Source of the DNA: an uncultured Gammaproteobacteria bacterium | Lineage (GTDB): Bacteria > Patescibacteriota > Patescibacteriia > UBA2591 > UBA6264 | Assembly (NCBI GenBank): GCA_964596735.1 | Contig: CAZQVF010000007.1 | Span: 5,772 to 69,771 of the forward strand | DNA: 64,000 bases | Direction of reading: 5' to 3' | Shown: positions 52,426 to 62,354 of the stretch, in pieces | Numbering within the stretch: position 1 is the first letter of the stretch | How the letters are laid out: every line of letters starts with the position of its first letter | Made by a program: the position numbers and the translations under genes | Notes under the pieces: generated by a model | The model's database searches: none | The model's input: only the letters and a program-made list of their open reading frames with translations | What the model was told of the DNA's origin: nothing

Positions 52426-52493
52426 AATTAAATTACCTTAATTTCTATACAATAAATATTTAATTTCAAGGTTCTGGCGAAGCCAGGTTCTTA
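52426..52493. repeat. Dispersed intergenic repeat, copy 3
   Basis: AATTAAATTACCTT..TATACAAT..AATTTCAAGGTTCTGGCGAAGCCAGGTTCTTA. Confidence 0.75.
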
Positions 52494-52504
52494 TTATTTA
52501 AATA

Positions 52505-53941
52505 ATGACTAATAAACATTTGAAAGCATTTGATTATATTATCGAGATTGGCTGGCTCCTTATCTTTGCTTGCTCGCCAGTATTTTTTGCTCCATTTGTT
52601 CATGGGACCTGGCAAATTGGCGAGAGCTTTTTATTTCAGGTTTTAGTAGAAATTTTGTGTTTTGTTTGGTTGTTAAAACTAGTCATTAATTGGCAGAAAT
52701 TTAGTCTTAAAAAATTAAAGGAAATACTTTTAAAATTCAAACCTGTTTTACCGGCCCTTATATTTATTTTTATTCTTGGTTTAGCGACAATTTTTTCTCA
52801 GTCATCTCATTATAGTTTCTGGGGTTATTATACTCGTAAAATGGGGTATTTAATTTGGCTCCATTTTTTTATTTTCTTTTTAATTCTTTTTTTCAATCTT
52901 AAAAATCGAAAACAAATTGCTCGCATTTTTTACATTATTGTCTTAACCACTGGTTTAGTTGTTCTTTATGGTTTTTTACAAGTACTTGGATTTGATTTTT
53001 TTAATTGGAGTGAACCGCCTTCATTGGGGCATCGCGTTTTTTCTACTCTGGGGCAGCCTAATTTTTTAGCCTCTTGGCTTTTATTGGTTTTTCCTGTTAT
53101 TTTTTGGATTATTTTCCGTTATTCTTCTCAAGACCATTTAAAGGCCCCTCTTTTTTCAACTTTTAAAAAAGAAAAAAAAGAGCATTTAGATAAAACAATA
53201 AATACGTCTTTTTTAAAAAAGATTTTTTTTCGTCCTATTTTTGTCTGCTTATCTTTGTTGACGGTGATTATTCTTGTTTTGACGCAGAGTCGAGCCAGTT
53301 GGATTGGCTTTTTCTTGGCCCTTTTCTTTTTTATTATTATTTTTTCCTGGCAGAAAAATCAAAAACGTTTAGCAATATTATTATTTGTTTTTTTAGTTTT
53401 GTTTTCTGTTTTTATTGTGGCTCTTAATATTTCCCCATTGCAGATTAAAGCGACAGATCATCCCTTGATGATAAGATTTAAAACATTGAGTCATTTAGCA
53501 GAAGCCGGTCGATTAAGATTTATTTGGTGGCAAAATAGTTTAGATTTAATTGGACAAAAACCAATTTTTAGTTTGGGATTTGGACCAGAAACGCAACATT
53601 TAAATTTTCCTCAATATTATGAACCAGAATACGCTGCTTTGGAGGGAATTAATAAAATTCCAGACCGAGCCCATAATGACATTTTAGACATGACTCTAAT
53701 GTCTGGCCGCTTAGGATTAATGAGTTACATGTTTTTAATTCTTTTAGTCTTTTTCTCTGGATTAAAATATATTTTTCAAGGAAAAAATCATTCTTCTTTT
53801 ATGATTTTAATTTTATTAACTGGACTATTTGGTTATTTAATTTCTCTCCAGTTTTCTTTTCATGTCATCCCTACCGCCATTTATTTTTGGGGCTATCTAG
53901 CCATATGTTTAAATATTTTAACGCATGCTCAACAGAATTAG
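52505..53941 (+). CDS. O-antigen ligase-family protein (possible pilin oligosaccharyltransferase)
   Basis: STLGQPNFLA, TQSRASW, GFGPET and DRAHNDILD; directly follows the pilin. Confidence 0.82.
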   Translation: MTNKHLKAFDYIIEIGWLLIFACSPVFFAPFVHGTWQIGESFLFQVLVEILCFVWLLKLVINWQKFSLKKLKEILLKFKPVLPALIFIFILGLATIFSQSSHYSFWGYYTRKMGYLIWLHFFIFFLILFFNLKNRKQIARIFYIIVLTTGLVVLYGFLQVLGFDFFNWSEPPSLGHRVFSTLGQPNFLASWLLLVFPVIFWIIFRYSSQDHLKAPLFSTFKKEKKEHLDKTINTSFLKKIFFRPIFVCLSLLTVIILVLTQSRASWIGFFLALFFFIIIFSWQKNQKRLAILLFVFLVLFSVFIVALNISPLQIKATDHPLMIRFKTLSHLAEAGRLRFIWWQNSLDLIGQKPIFSLGFGPETQHLNFPQYYEPEYAALEGINKIPDRAHNDILDMTLMSGRLGLMSYMFLILLVFFSGLKYIFQGKNHSSFMILILLTGLFGYLISLQFSFHVIPTAIYFWGYLAICLNILTHAQQN

Positions 53942-54878
53942 TAAAATTGTTCTTATTGGCTGTTTTTTTATTCTCCTTATTTTTAGTCTTTGGCATTTTA
54001 ATGTCAGGATTTTTTTAGCTGACTATTATTACCAGCGAGTTCTTTTAACTGATCAATGGCCTGAGATTTTAGATTTTTATAAAAAGGTTTTTTACTTACA
54101 TCCCGGAGAACCTTTTTATCATCAGAAGTTTGCTGTTGATTTAAAATGGGGATTGCAGTTTTATCAGGATAAGGAATTTAAAATACAGATTCTTGATTTA
54201 GCCGTTGATCAAATGCAGAGAATTAAAGAAAAAGACAGGTCTTTTGGCACTAAAATTTATTTAGCCCGCTTAACCGCATTAAAAGCAGAAGCCACTCAAA
54301 AACAAGAAGATTTTTTAATAGCCGAGCAAATGATTGAAAAAGCAAGTCAGATGTCTCCCAAGGTAGCTCGAGTTTATAATGAGTGGTGTCAATTAAAAAT
54401 ATATGAGAAGAATTGGGAACAAGCCAGAGAAATGTGTCAAAAAGCTTTTTATTTGTATCCGCCAATCGATCATCCTCAAATGAATCAGAGTCATCGTAAT
54501 TTAGTAGTGGCTGAAATGTCAGAGGTTTATGAAAAATTAGGAGAAATTTATTTGGCTTTGGAAAATTATGAAAAAGCAGAATCAATGTATAGACAGATTT
54601 TAAAGTTCTATCCCTTAACCCGAGTTGATCTTTGGAAAAAATTAGGCGATATATATTATTTACAAAATGATTTAGACACGGCCATTGCCAGAAATTTTCA
54701 TGGCCACACGCTTAAACCAGGTGATTCATTTTGGTCATTAACCTTGGGTCTTTTATATCAAGAAAAGGGTGATTTAGAAAAGGCCTATTCTTGGGGAGAG
54801 AATGCCTTAAGGTTAGATCCTGAAGACAGGAGAATAAAAAGCTTTTTAACAAGTTTAAACAAAAACAAAAATGAATAA
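53925..54878 (+). CDS. Membrane-anchored TPR protein
   Basis: N-terminal TM; repeated LGEIY..LENYEKA / LGDIYY / LGLLYQ..GDLEKA helices. Confidence 0.8.
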   Translation: MLNRISKIVLIGCFFILLIFSLWHFNVRIFLADYYYQRVLLTDQWPEILDFYKKVFYLHPGEPFYHQKFAVDLKWGLQFYQDKEFKIQILDLAVDQMQRIKEKDRSFGTKIYLARLTALKAEATQKQEDFLIAEQMIEKASQMSPKVARVYNEWCQLKIYEKNWEQAREMCQKAFYLYPPIDHPQMNQSHRNLVVAEMSEVYEKLGEIYLALENYEKAESMYRQILKFYPLTRVDLWKKLGDIYYLQNDLDTAIARNFHGHTLKPGDSFWSLTLGLLYQEKGDLEKAYSWGENALRLDPEDRRIKSFLTSLNKNKNE

Positions 54879-55566
54879 AGAAACACAAAGACTGCAAAAG
54901 GTTTATGCTCAAAAATATAAGATAGATTGGGACAATTCAAATTGTCCGGGCCACCCCTTGACGCCGCTTTCTTTTTATTATCACCAAGCCCGGGAACATC
55001 ATTTAACAAAGTTGTTTAAAAGACATAAATTAAAGCTGAGTCAGATAAAAATTCTAGACATGGGCTGTGGTTACGGCCATGTTTTGCGCTGGCTAATACA
55101 GGTCGGGGCCTTGCCTGAGAATTGTTCAGGCATTGATTTAATTGATTACAGAATTAAAAAAGCCAAGCTGTTAAACCCAAACATAGATTATTTAATTGAA
55201 GGTGCAGAATCATTGTCATCTGCTGACAAAAGTTTTGACCTGGTTTGTTGTTTTACTCTTTTCTCGTCAATTTTAGACAAGGCAATGCAGGAAAAAATTG
55301 TCCGAGAGATAAACAGAATTTTAAAGCCAGGTGGATACATTCTCTGGTATGACATGTTTCGCAAATACCCTAGAAATGCAGATTTGGCTGGCATTAATAA
55401 AAAATATCTAAAAAAATTATTTTCTAATTTTCAGTTTATTGATTTAAAAAAAGTTCATTTTCGTTATGCCCACCGTTTAGTAAAAAGAATTTTATTGTTT
55501 AATTTATTTTTGGAATATTTGCCAATTAAAAGTCATTATTTAGGATTATTTAAAAAAAATGATTAG
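54871..55566 (+). CDS. Class I SAM-dependent methyltransferase
   Basis: ILDMGCGYG, SFDLV and RILKPGG. Confidence 0.88.
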   Translation: MNKETQRLQKVYAQKYKIDWDNSNCPGHPLTPLSFYYHQAREHHLTKLFKRHKLKLSQIKILDMGCGYGHVLRWLIQVGALPENCSGIDLIDYRIKKAKLLNPNIDYLIEGAESLSSADKSFDLVCCFTLFSSILDKAMQEKIVREINRILKPGGYILWYDMFRKYPRNADLAGINKKYLKKLFSNFQFIDLKKVHFRYAHRLVKRILLFNLFLEYLPIKSHYLGLFKKND

Positions 55567-56296
55567 AAAATTACTTCTATATTTAGAAAGATATGTTCCC
55601 GAAGAAAGATATGTTCCTGATAAGTCTTTAGAAGACATCCCAGGGATTCATTCTTCCCGGTCTGATTTTGTTTGTGCTTATGCCAAAGACAAGGTCGTTT
55701 TAGACGTAGCCAGCGGAGACGGTTATGTGGCATATGAGTTGGCAAAAAACGCAGGAGCAAAAAAAGTAATTGGTTTAGATAACTTTAAACAAGCAATTGA
55801 ATTGGCCAAGAAAAAGTATCAACATCCTTGTTTAGAATTTCAATTAGGTCGGGCAGAAAAAATGTCTTTTTCAAACAACTATTTTGATTTAATTGTTTCC
55901 CTTGAAACAATAGAACATGTAAAAGATTATCATATGTTTTTACAAGAAGTTAAGAGAACATTAAAACCAGATGGAATTTTTATTGTTTCTACGCCAAACA
56001 AAAGAGCTACTCTTCGCGGAGCCATGCTCAAAAAACCTTTAAATCCTTATCACTTAATTGAATTTACAAAAAAGAAATTAGAGAAATCATTAAAAAAATG
56101 TTTTGATTCTTTAGAATGGTATGGTCAGTTAATAATTCCCAAGAAAGATTTTAAATATTTTTTAAGAAAAATATTTGGCCAGGTAAAAAAAATAGTTTTT
56201 ACAAAAAAAGACATTAAAATAGTGTCTTATCCTAAAGACAAAAGAAAAGATGTTTGTAATTTTTTTGTTGTTTGTTCTCAAGTAATTAAGAAATAA
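55559..56296 (+). CDS. Class I SAM-dependent methyltransferase (glycan-cluster type)
   Basis: VLDVASGDG, ETIEHV, LKPDG..STPN and NPYH. Confidence 0.88.
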   Translation: MIRKLLLYLERYVPEERYVPDKSLEDIPGIHSSRSDFVCAYAKDKVVLDVASGDGYVAYELAKNAGAKKVIGLDNFKQAIELAKKKYQHPCLEFQLGRAEKMSFSNNYFDLIVSLETIEHVKDYHMFLQEVKRTLKPDGIFIVSTPNKRATLRGAMLKKPLNPYHLIEFTKKKLEKSLKKCFDSLEWYGQLIIPKKDFKYFLRKIFGQVKKIVFTKKDIKIVSYPKDKRKDVCNFFVVCSQVIKK

Positions 56297-56299
56297 CAT

Positions 56300-57787
56300 A
56301 TGAATATTCTTCTAACCAACTCTCCCGCCCCTGTGTTTTCTCCCTTTAGCACTGATGAAAAAAGGCCGCCCCTGGGGTTGGGTTTTTTAATTTCTGTTTT
56401 AAAAAAGGCCGGACATAATGTTTTTTTTATTGATAATTATCTAGATCCAAGTGATTTTTTAAAAACAGATTATTTAAATAAAAATAAAATAGATTATATT
56501 GGTTTTTACATAAACACGGTTTGTTTAAATGAATCTTTGGAAATGTTAAACCAGATTCAAGAATTAAGAGAAAAAAGAAAATGGTCTGGAAAAATCATTG
56601 TCGGCGGGCCTCACACATCTGTTGAATTGAAGACCATTCCTGATTTTGTTGATTACATTGTCCAGGGAGAGGGCGAACAGGCTATCTTGGATATTTTATT
56701 AGATAATAAAACAGAGAGAATTGTTAAACAAGGGCGTTGCCAAAAATTAGACAGCCTGCCTTTTCCGGCTTGGGATTATTTTGTTAATCTGCCTTATGAT
56801 TTTACAGTTGAATGGTTTAATCAGGTGCCGGTTTTTACCATGAATACCAGTCGGGGATGTCCTTTTAACTGCGCCTTTTGTTCTGTTTCTTCAATCTGGG
56901 GAGTAAAGTATTTTGGTTTTAATGCTGAAAGAATTGTCAAGGAAATTGAATATTTAATAAAAAATTATCAAGCCCAGGGAATATATTTTCGCGAGGATAA
57001 TTTTACAGTTGATAAATCAAGAGTAAAAAAGATTTGCCTGTTGTTATTAGATAAAAAAATAAACATTAAATGGGCTTGTGAAACAAGGGTTGATACCTTA
57101 GACAAAGAATTAATTAAATTAATGAAAAAAGCTGGTTGTCAGGGTTTTTACATTGGCGTAGAAAGCGGGAGCCAAAGAATGTTGGATTTTTTAGAGAAAA
57201 AGACTAATTTAAAACAAATTGAAAAAGTTTTTCAATGGGCCAGAGAGGTTGATGTTAAAACTTATGCTAGTTTTATGGTTGGCTTGCCCACAGAAACTTC
57301 AGAGGAATTGCAACAAACCCTGGATTTTAGTCAAAAGATTAAACCAGACAGCACTGGTTTTAATATCTTTGTCGGCATCCCAGAAAGCAAATTATATCAC
57401 TATGTCATAGACAATAACCTATATGAATACATTGACAAAAGAGGTTTGGTTTACTTAAAGGGTCATGACAAATTAGTGGACAGGTTTTATCATGGAGATA
57501 TCAGAACCAAAATACCCAAGAGAGAACCAACAAACAAGGAAAAGAAAATATATTTTGCCAATCTTTATTTAAAACAAGGCATGAATTATTTAATGCAAAA
57601 AAAGCATTTAACGGGTTTTAAAAGATTTTTTAAAGCCATGAAATATAATGCCGGGGACATGAGAATATATCCGGCTATGGTTTTATGCTTGTTTCCTTTT
57701 AAATTGGCTCAGAATTTAAAATATTGGCGGCAGAGAATTAAGATTAAATCTTCTCAAAACAAGAAACTAAAAAGTAAAAATGAGTGA
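56300..57787 (+). CDS. B12-binding radical SAM protein
   Basis: PPLGL, VGGPH, GEGE, SRGCPFNCAFC (CxxxCxxC) and GVESGS. Confidence 0.9.
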   Translation: MNILLTNSPAPVFSPFSTDEKRPPLGLGFLISVLKKAGHNVFFIDNYLDPSDFLKTDYLNKNKIDYIGFYINTVCLNESLEMLNQIQELREKRKWSGKIIVGGPHTSVELKTIPDFVDYIVQGEGEQAILDILLDNKTERIVKQGRCQKLDSLPFPAWDYFVNLPYDFTVEWFNQVPVFTMNTSRGCPFNCAFCSVSSIWGVKYFGFNAERIVKEIEYLIKNYQAQGIYFREDNFTVDKSRVKKICLLLLDKKINIKWACETRVDTLDKELIKLMKKAGCQGFYIGVESGSQRMLDFLEKKTNLKQIEKVFQWAREVDVKTYASFMVGLPTETSEELQQTLDFSQKIKPDSTGFNIFVGIPESKLYHYVIDNNLYEYIDKRGLVYLKGHDKLVDRFYHGDIRTKIPKREPTNKEKKIYFANLYLKQGMNYLMQKKHLTGFKRFFKAMKYNAGDMRIYPAMVLCLFPFKLAQNLKYWRQRIKIKSSQNKKLKSKNE

Positions 57788-58589
57788 TAAAAATCCAAAA
57801 GTTAGTGTTATTATGCCTGTTTATAATCAGGAAAAGTTTTTAAAACAAAGCATTGATAGTATTTTAAATCAAACCTTTAAAGATTTTGAATTAATTATTA
57901 TTAATGATGGCTCAACAGATAAAACAAAAGATATTTTAAATAAATATGCTCAAAAAGATTTACGAATCAGGGTTTTTTTTCAAGAAAATCAGGGCTGTAC
58001 AAAGTCTTTAAATTATGGAATTAAACAAGCCAAGGGAGAATATATTGCCCGCCAAGACGCTGATGATATTTCTTTGCCCAAGCGCTTGGAAAAGCAAGTG
58101 GACTTTTTAAATAAAAATAAAAACATTGGATTGGTTGGTAGTTTTGCTCAGGTTATTGATGAACAGGGAAATAAAAAGCAAAAGATTCTTGGTCAATATA
58201 CTGGGAACAGGGATTTAAAAAAGCATTCTTTTTGGTCAGATAAATTCTGCCACTCAACAATTATGATAAGAAAGGAATTATTAGATAAAATTAATGGATA
58301 TGACGAGCATTTTGTTTGTTCCCAAGACACAGACCTTTATTTCCGCTTAATGCCTTATACGCAGTTTGCTAATTTAAAAGAGGTTTTTTTACTGTACCGC
58401 GAACACAAAGATTCTCTTAGTAAAACTAAAAAGAAAAAACAAGAAAAATTTGCTCAAGAAGCAAGAAAAAGAGCGATTAAATCTGGTCTTTATCCTAAAT
58501 ATTATTTGTTGTTTCTGTTGTTTATTCCGATTTTACCTATTTGGTTGAAAAAAGTTTTAAAAAAGATTTTTAAATTTTTGATTAAATGA
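57780..58589 (+). CDS. Glycosyltransferase family 2
   Basis: VSVIMPVYN, DGSTD and RQDADD. Confidence 0.92.
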   Translation: MSDKNPKVSVIMPVYNQEKFLKQSIDSILNQTFKDFELIIINDGSTDKTKDILNKYAQKDLRIRVFFQENQGCTKSLNYGIKQAKGEYIARQDADDISLPKRLEKQVDFLNKNKNIGLVGSFAQVIDEQGNKKQKILGQYTGNRDLKKHSFWSDKFCHSTIMIRKELLDKINGYDEHFVCSQDTDLYFRLMPYTQFANLKEVFLLYREHKDSLSKTKKKKQEKFAQEARKRAIKSGLYPKYYLLFLLFIPILPIWLKKVLKKIFKFLIK

Positions 58590-59788
58590 AAGTTTTAATT
58601 ATTTGTTATCATCCACCAAGCAAAGGAGGCTTAGGTATTAATACTTATTTAATTGCTCAGGGTTTAAAAAAGGCCGGGACTGAAGTTGAGGTTGCCTCTA
58701 CTGAAGATTATCCTGGATTGAAAACACATATTTTTAAAAAATATGGGAAAAGCCCTTTTTTTTCTTTTAATGAAAAATATCTTTGTTCTTTTTTAATTAA
58801 AATTATTAAAAAACAGAAAATTGATTTAGTTCATGTTCATGACCGTTTAACTTCATTGGGGGCTTTAAAAGCGGGTAAAAAAATACAAAAACCAGTTATT
58901 GTTCATTTTCTTGATTATTGGTTTGCCTGTCCCAAGGGCCATTTATTAACCAAAGATTTAAGCACATGTTCAGGCATACAATTAAGCAGATGTTTAAAAT
59001 GTATTTTAGGAAAAGGATTTTTATGGAATTTGTATAAATACTTTTTCTTAATTAAAAGAGCGCAGAGAAAATTAGATCAGGCCCAAGCAAAAATTGTTGA
59101 AAGCGGGCAGGTAAAACAAATTTTACTGGCCAACAAAATAAAGAGAAATATTTTTATTGTTCCTGACCCGGTTGAAAATGATTTTTTTGAGTTTTTAACC
59201 GAACAAGAAAAACATCAGGTTAAAGAAAAATATAACTTAAAACAAAAAGTCGTCTCTTATTTTGGAGAATTAACGGCTCATAAAGGAGTTTTTAATTTAA
59301 TGCAGATTATTAAAAATATTAGTGATAATAATTTAGACAAAAACACCTCGTTTTTAATTGCTGGCTGGGGTGATTTAGAAAAATATTGTCAAAATTTTAT
59401 TAAAGAAAATAAGTTAAAAAATGTTATTTTAACCTATGTTGATAAACAAGAGATTAAAAAACTTTATGCTGTTTCTGATATTGTTCTAATTCCTTCAACA
59501 TGCCAAGACCCTTTTCCTAGGGTGGCTCAGGAAGCCATGGCTCAGGCAAAAGTAATTATTGGCTCTGATATGGGAGGGTTAAAAGGATTAATTGAGCATA
59601 ATAAGACGGGATTTTTATTAAAACCAGGTGATTTAAAAGTTTGGCAAAAAACAATTTTAGATTTATTAAATAACCCTGACTTAAAAGAAACAATGGGCAG
59701 GAAGGCAAAAGAAAAAGCTCAAGAATTTAAACAAGAGCTTGTAATTCAAAAGATAATTAAAGTTTATCACAAAGTTAATCAGATTTAA
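58586..59788 (+). CDS. Glycosyltransferase family 4
   Basis: HKG, PSTCQDPFPRVAQEAMA (Ex7E-like) and TGFL. Confidence 0.88.
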   Translation: MKVLIICYHPPSKGGLGINTYLIAQGLKKAGTEVEVASTEDYPGLKTHIFKKYGKSPFFSFNEKYLCSFLIKIIKKQKIDLVHVHDRLTSLGALKAGKKIQKPVIVHFLDYWFACPKGHLLTKDLSTCSGIQLSRCLKCILGKGFLWNLYKYFFLIKRAQRKLDQAQAKIVESGQVKQILLANKIKRNIFIVPDPVENDFFEFLTEQEKHQVKEKYNLKQKVVSYFGELTAHKGVFNLMQIIKNISDNNLDKNTSFLIAGWGDLEKYCQNFIKENKLKNVILTYVDKQEIKKLYAVSDIVLIPSTCQDPFPRVAQEAMAQAKVIIGSDMGGLKGLIEHNKTGFLLKPGDLKVWQKTILDLLNNPDLKETMGRKAKEKAQEFKQELVIQKIIKVYHKVNQI

Positions 59789-59865
59789 TTTATTTTTAAT
59801 TTTAAGACGTCTTTTTACCTTACTTTTTTTTAAAAATTAAGTATAATAAAACCAGAAGTAATTAA

Positions 59866-60672
59866 ATGTTTATGGTTTTGATTTTTTACTTAATTGTCTT
59901 TATTCTTGGCTTAGCTTTCGGCAGTTTTTTAAATTGTTTGGTTTATCGCCTGGCTTGTCGAAAAACAGTTTTGGGCCGCTCTTTTTGTCCTAAATGCCAG
60001 AAAAAGATTGTTTGGCTTGATAATTTTCCTTTGGTTTCATTTGTTTTGCTTAAAGGCAAGTGTCGCGAATGTAAGGAAGAAATTTCCTGGCAGTATCCTG
60101 TGGTTGAATTAATCATGGGTTTTTTATTTGTTTTACCTGTTTGGCGTTTTCATTTAATCACGGGTGATTTTTTATTTTTCAATGACATCTCTTTTTATTT
60201 ATTACTAGTCCGTGATTGGGTAATTTTTTTCACCCTGGTCTTTACTTTTGTTTATGATTTAAAATACTTAAAAATAGAAGACATTGTTCTTTTACCCGCC
60301 GCAGTTTTAGTTTTTATTTTAAATTTATTTTCCCAGCCAGGTCAAAACATTTTGATTATAGCTGGTCACATGATTTTGGCTGTTTTAATCGGTGTTGCTT
60401 TTTTTGGCCTTCAATATTTATTTACCAAAGGAAAAGGAATTGGCTTAGGGGATTTACGCATTGGCCTTTTCATGGGCGTAGCTTTAGAAAACTGGATAAA
60501 TATTTGTCTGGCCTTGGTAATTTCTTATATTATAGGGGCCTTGGTCAGCCTGTTTTTAATTGTTTTTAAGAAAAAAGAGCTAAAAAGCCAAGTGCCCTTA
60601 GGCCCCTTTTTAGTCATCGGGACCTTTGTGGTTCTTATCTTTGGCCAGCAAATAATTAATTGGTATTTTTAA
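59866..60672 (+). CDS. pilD: Prepilin peptidase
   Basis: GSFLNC..YR, RSFCPKC, KCREC, GLGD and VPLGPFL. Confidence 0.9.
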   Translation: MFMVLIFYLIVFILGLAFGSFLNCLVYRLACRKTVLGRSFCPKCQKKIVWLDNFPLVSFVLLKGKCRECKEEISWQYPVVELIMGFLFVLPVWRFHLITGDFLFFNDISFYLLLVRDWVIFFTLVFTFVYDLKYLKIEDIVLLPAAVLVFILNLFSQPGQNILIIAGHMILAVLIGVAFFGLQYLFTKGKGIGLGDLRIGLFMGVALENWINICLALVISYIIGALVSLFLIVFKKKELKSQVPLGPFLVIGTFVVLIFGQQIINWYF

Positions 60673-60674
60673 AA

Positions 60675-61226
60675 ATGTTTAAACAAAAACAAAAAAAAGC
60701 TTTTACTTTAATTGAATTAATGGTTGTTATTGCTATTAGTGCGGTGGTGGCAACAATGGTTTTTTCAAATATGCGTTCTGGCGGGCGAGCCGGCGATGTC
60801 AATGCCAGCGCAGAAAAGCTGGCCGGAGTAGTTAAACAAGCCCAGATGATGTCTTTAAGTGGGAAATTAGTTGATGAAAGTCGGCCCACAGGTGGTTATG
60901 GAGTTTATATTGATACTTTAACCAGTCCTCATTCTTACAAGCTTTTTGCCGACACTTTTAACGTGGGCAATCATGAATATGATTCTGGTAATGATACGGT
61001 TATTCAAACCATTGAATTTGGAGAGCAGATAGATAGTACGCCGTCGCAGACATCTATAATCTTTATTCCACCACGGGGAACAATTTGGGTCAGCGTAGGG
61101 GCAGGGGGAAGCCTTTTAACCGGCAGTGATACCGCCCTTGTTTTATTACAACATATTGATGCTAATTTTTATGCCTATGTACGAATTAATTCACAAGGAG
61201 AAATTGATGTACGAAAAACAGAATAA
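60675..61226 (+). CDS. Minor pilin (FimT/GspH-like)
   Basis: KKA|FTLIELMVVIAI. Confidence 0.85.
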   Translation: MFKQKQKKAFTLIELMVVIAISAVVATMVFSNMRSGGRAGDVNASAEKLAGVVKQAQMMSLSGKLVDESRPTGGYGVYIDTLTSPHSYKLFADTFNVGNHEYDSGNDTVIQTIEFGEQIDSTPSQTSIIFIPPRGTIWVSVGAGGSLLTGSDTALVLLQHIDANFYAYVRINSQGEIDVRKTE

Positions 61227-61749
61227 AGCCCAATCATTAATTGAAACCATTGTTGCCATTGGCATTATTGTTGTTGCCATTGTCGCTATTTTATCTGTGG
61301 GCTTAACCTCCGTAGTTTTAGGGGGACAATCATCAGAAAGAGTTTTGGCTACTAATTTAGCTAGAGAAGGAATCGAAGTTGTCTATGCAATTGTTAGTAG
61401 TAATCGTTTAGATCCGGATCAGTCTTGGCCCTATGGTATGACTACCAATGACATTTATATTATTGACTACAATGACACTGCTTTGGATACCGCAGCTACG
61501 TTTGATGGGGGAGAAACAATTGATAATTGCACCAATTGTTACCTTTGTAAGCAAGTTAGTGATTTATATACTCACGTTAATTGTCTTTCACACCAAGTCT
61601 TTCGAAGAATGGTTGCTGTTTCAGCCGGAGATGATTTAGGTGGTAATTGTAGTGGTTGTGAAAAAAAACTTGTGGCCACGGTTTACTGGATTGAAAGAGG
61701 GAGAGAGCATACCCTTACTTTAGAGTCCCACTTAACTGACTGGCGTTAA
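61207..61749 (+). CDS. Minor pilin (PilV-like)
   Basis: NKA|QSLIETIVAIGII...ATNLAREGIE; start at ATG 61207. Confidence 0.8.
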   Translation: MYEKQNKAQSLIETIVAIGIIVVAIVAILSVGLTSVVLGGQSSERVLATNLAREGIEVVYAIVSSNRLDPDQSWPYGMTTNDIYIIDYNDTALDTAATFDGGETIDNCTNCYLCKQVSDLYTHVNCLSHQVFRRMVAVSAGDDLGGNCSGCEKKLVATVYWIERGREHTLTLESHLTDWR

Positions 61750-61757
61750 TTTTAAAA

Positions 61758-62354
61758 ATGACAAAAATACATTCTAAACAATCCTTTACCTTAATTGAAC
61801 TTTTAGTTTCTTTAAGTATTTTAGTTGTCGCAATTTTAGCTGCTTTGGGCATTTATATTAATGTTATTGGGACAAGGCAAAAAACCCTAGGCCAGCTTAA
61901 TATTCAAGAAGACGGCCAATATTTAATGAGTTTAATTGTTAAAGATATTCGGGCGGGTATGGTTGATTATGATAACTATGGAGCAATCAGTTCCCCTGAG
62001 GACGAATTATTGCTCTTGGATTTATCCGGAGACCAGGTGCGTTATAAGATTAGTGCGGCAACTCCGATTGTAGACGGCGACTGTACAGTCAGTCGTTGTA
62101 CTTTGGAAAGATGTGAAAACAGTGATTGTAGCGTGGCGGGCAATTATCAAACAATCACAATGACAAATATTAGCTTTGAACGCTTAGATTTTTATATCAA
62201 TCCAACAAGTGATCCCTTTACGGCTGGATCAACTACTTATGAACACCCAAGAGTAACAGTTCTTCTTAAGTTAAGATCTCTAAGGGAAAAACCAGGAGAG
62301 AAAGAATTAATTTTACAACAAACAGTGCCTCAAAAATATACTTATCGCAAGTGA
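61758..62354 (+). CDS. Minor pilin (PilW-like)
   Basis: KQS|FTLIELLVSLSI...IVKDIRAG. Confidence 0.82.
   Translation: MTKIHSKQSFTLIELLVSLSILVVAILAALGIYINVIGTRQKTLGQLNIQEDGQYLMSLIVKDIRAGMVDYDNYGAISSPEDELLLLDLSGDQVRYKISAATPIVDGDCTVSRCTLERCENSDCSVAGNYQTITMTNISFERLDFYINPTSDPFTAGSTTYEHPRVTVLLKLRSLREKPGEKELILQQTVPQKYTYRK

Noticed and set aside
55585-55620. 18-bp near-duplication (ERYVPE/ERYVPD) at a methyltransferase start
   Set aside because: In-frame micro-duplication with no evident functional consequence
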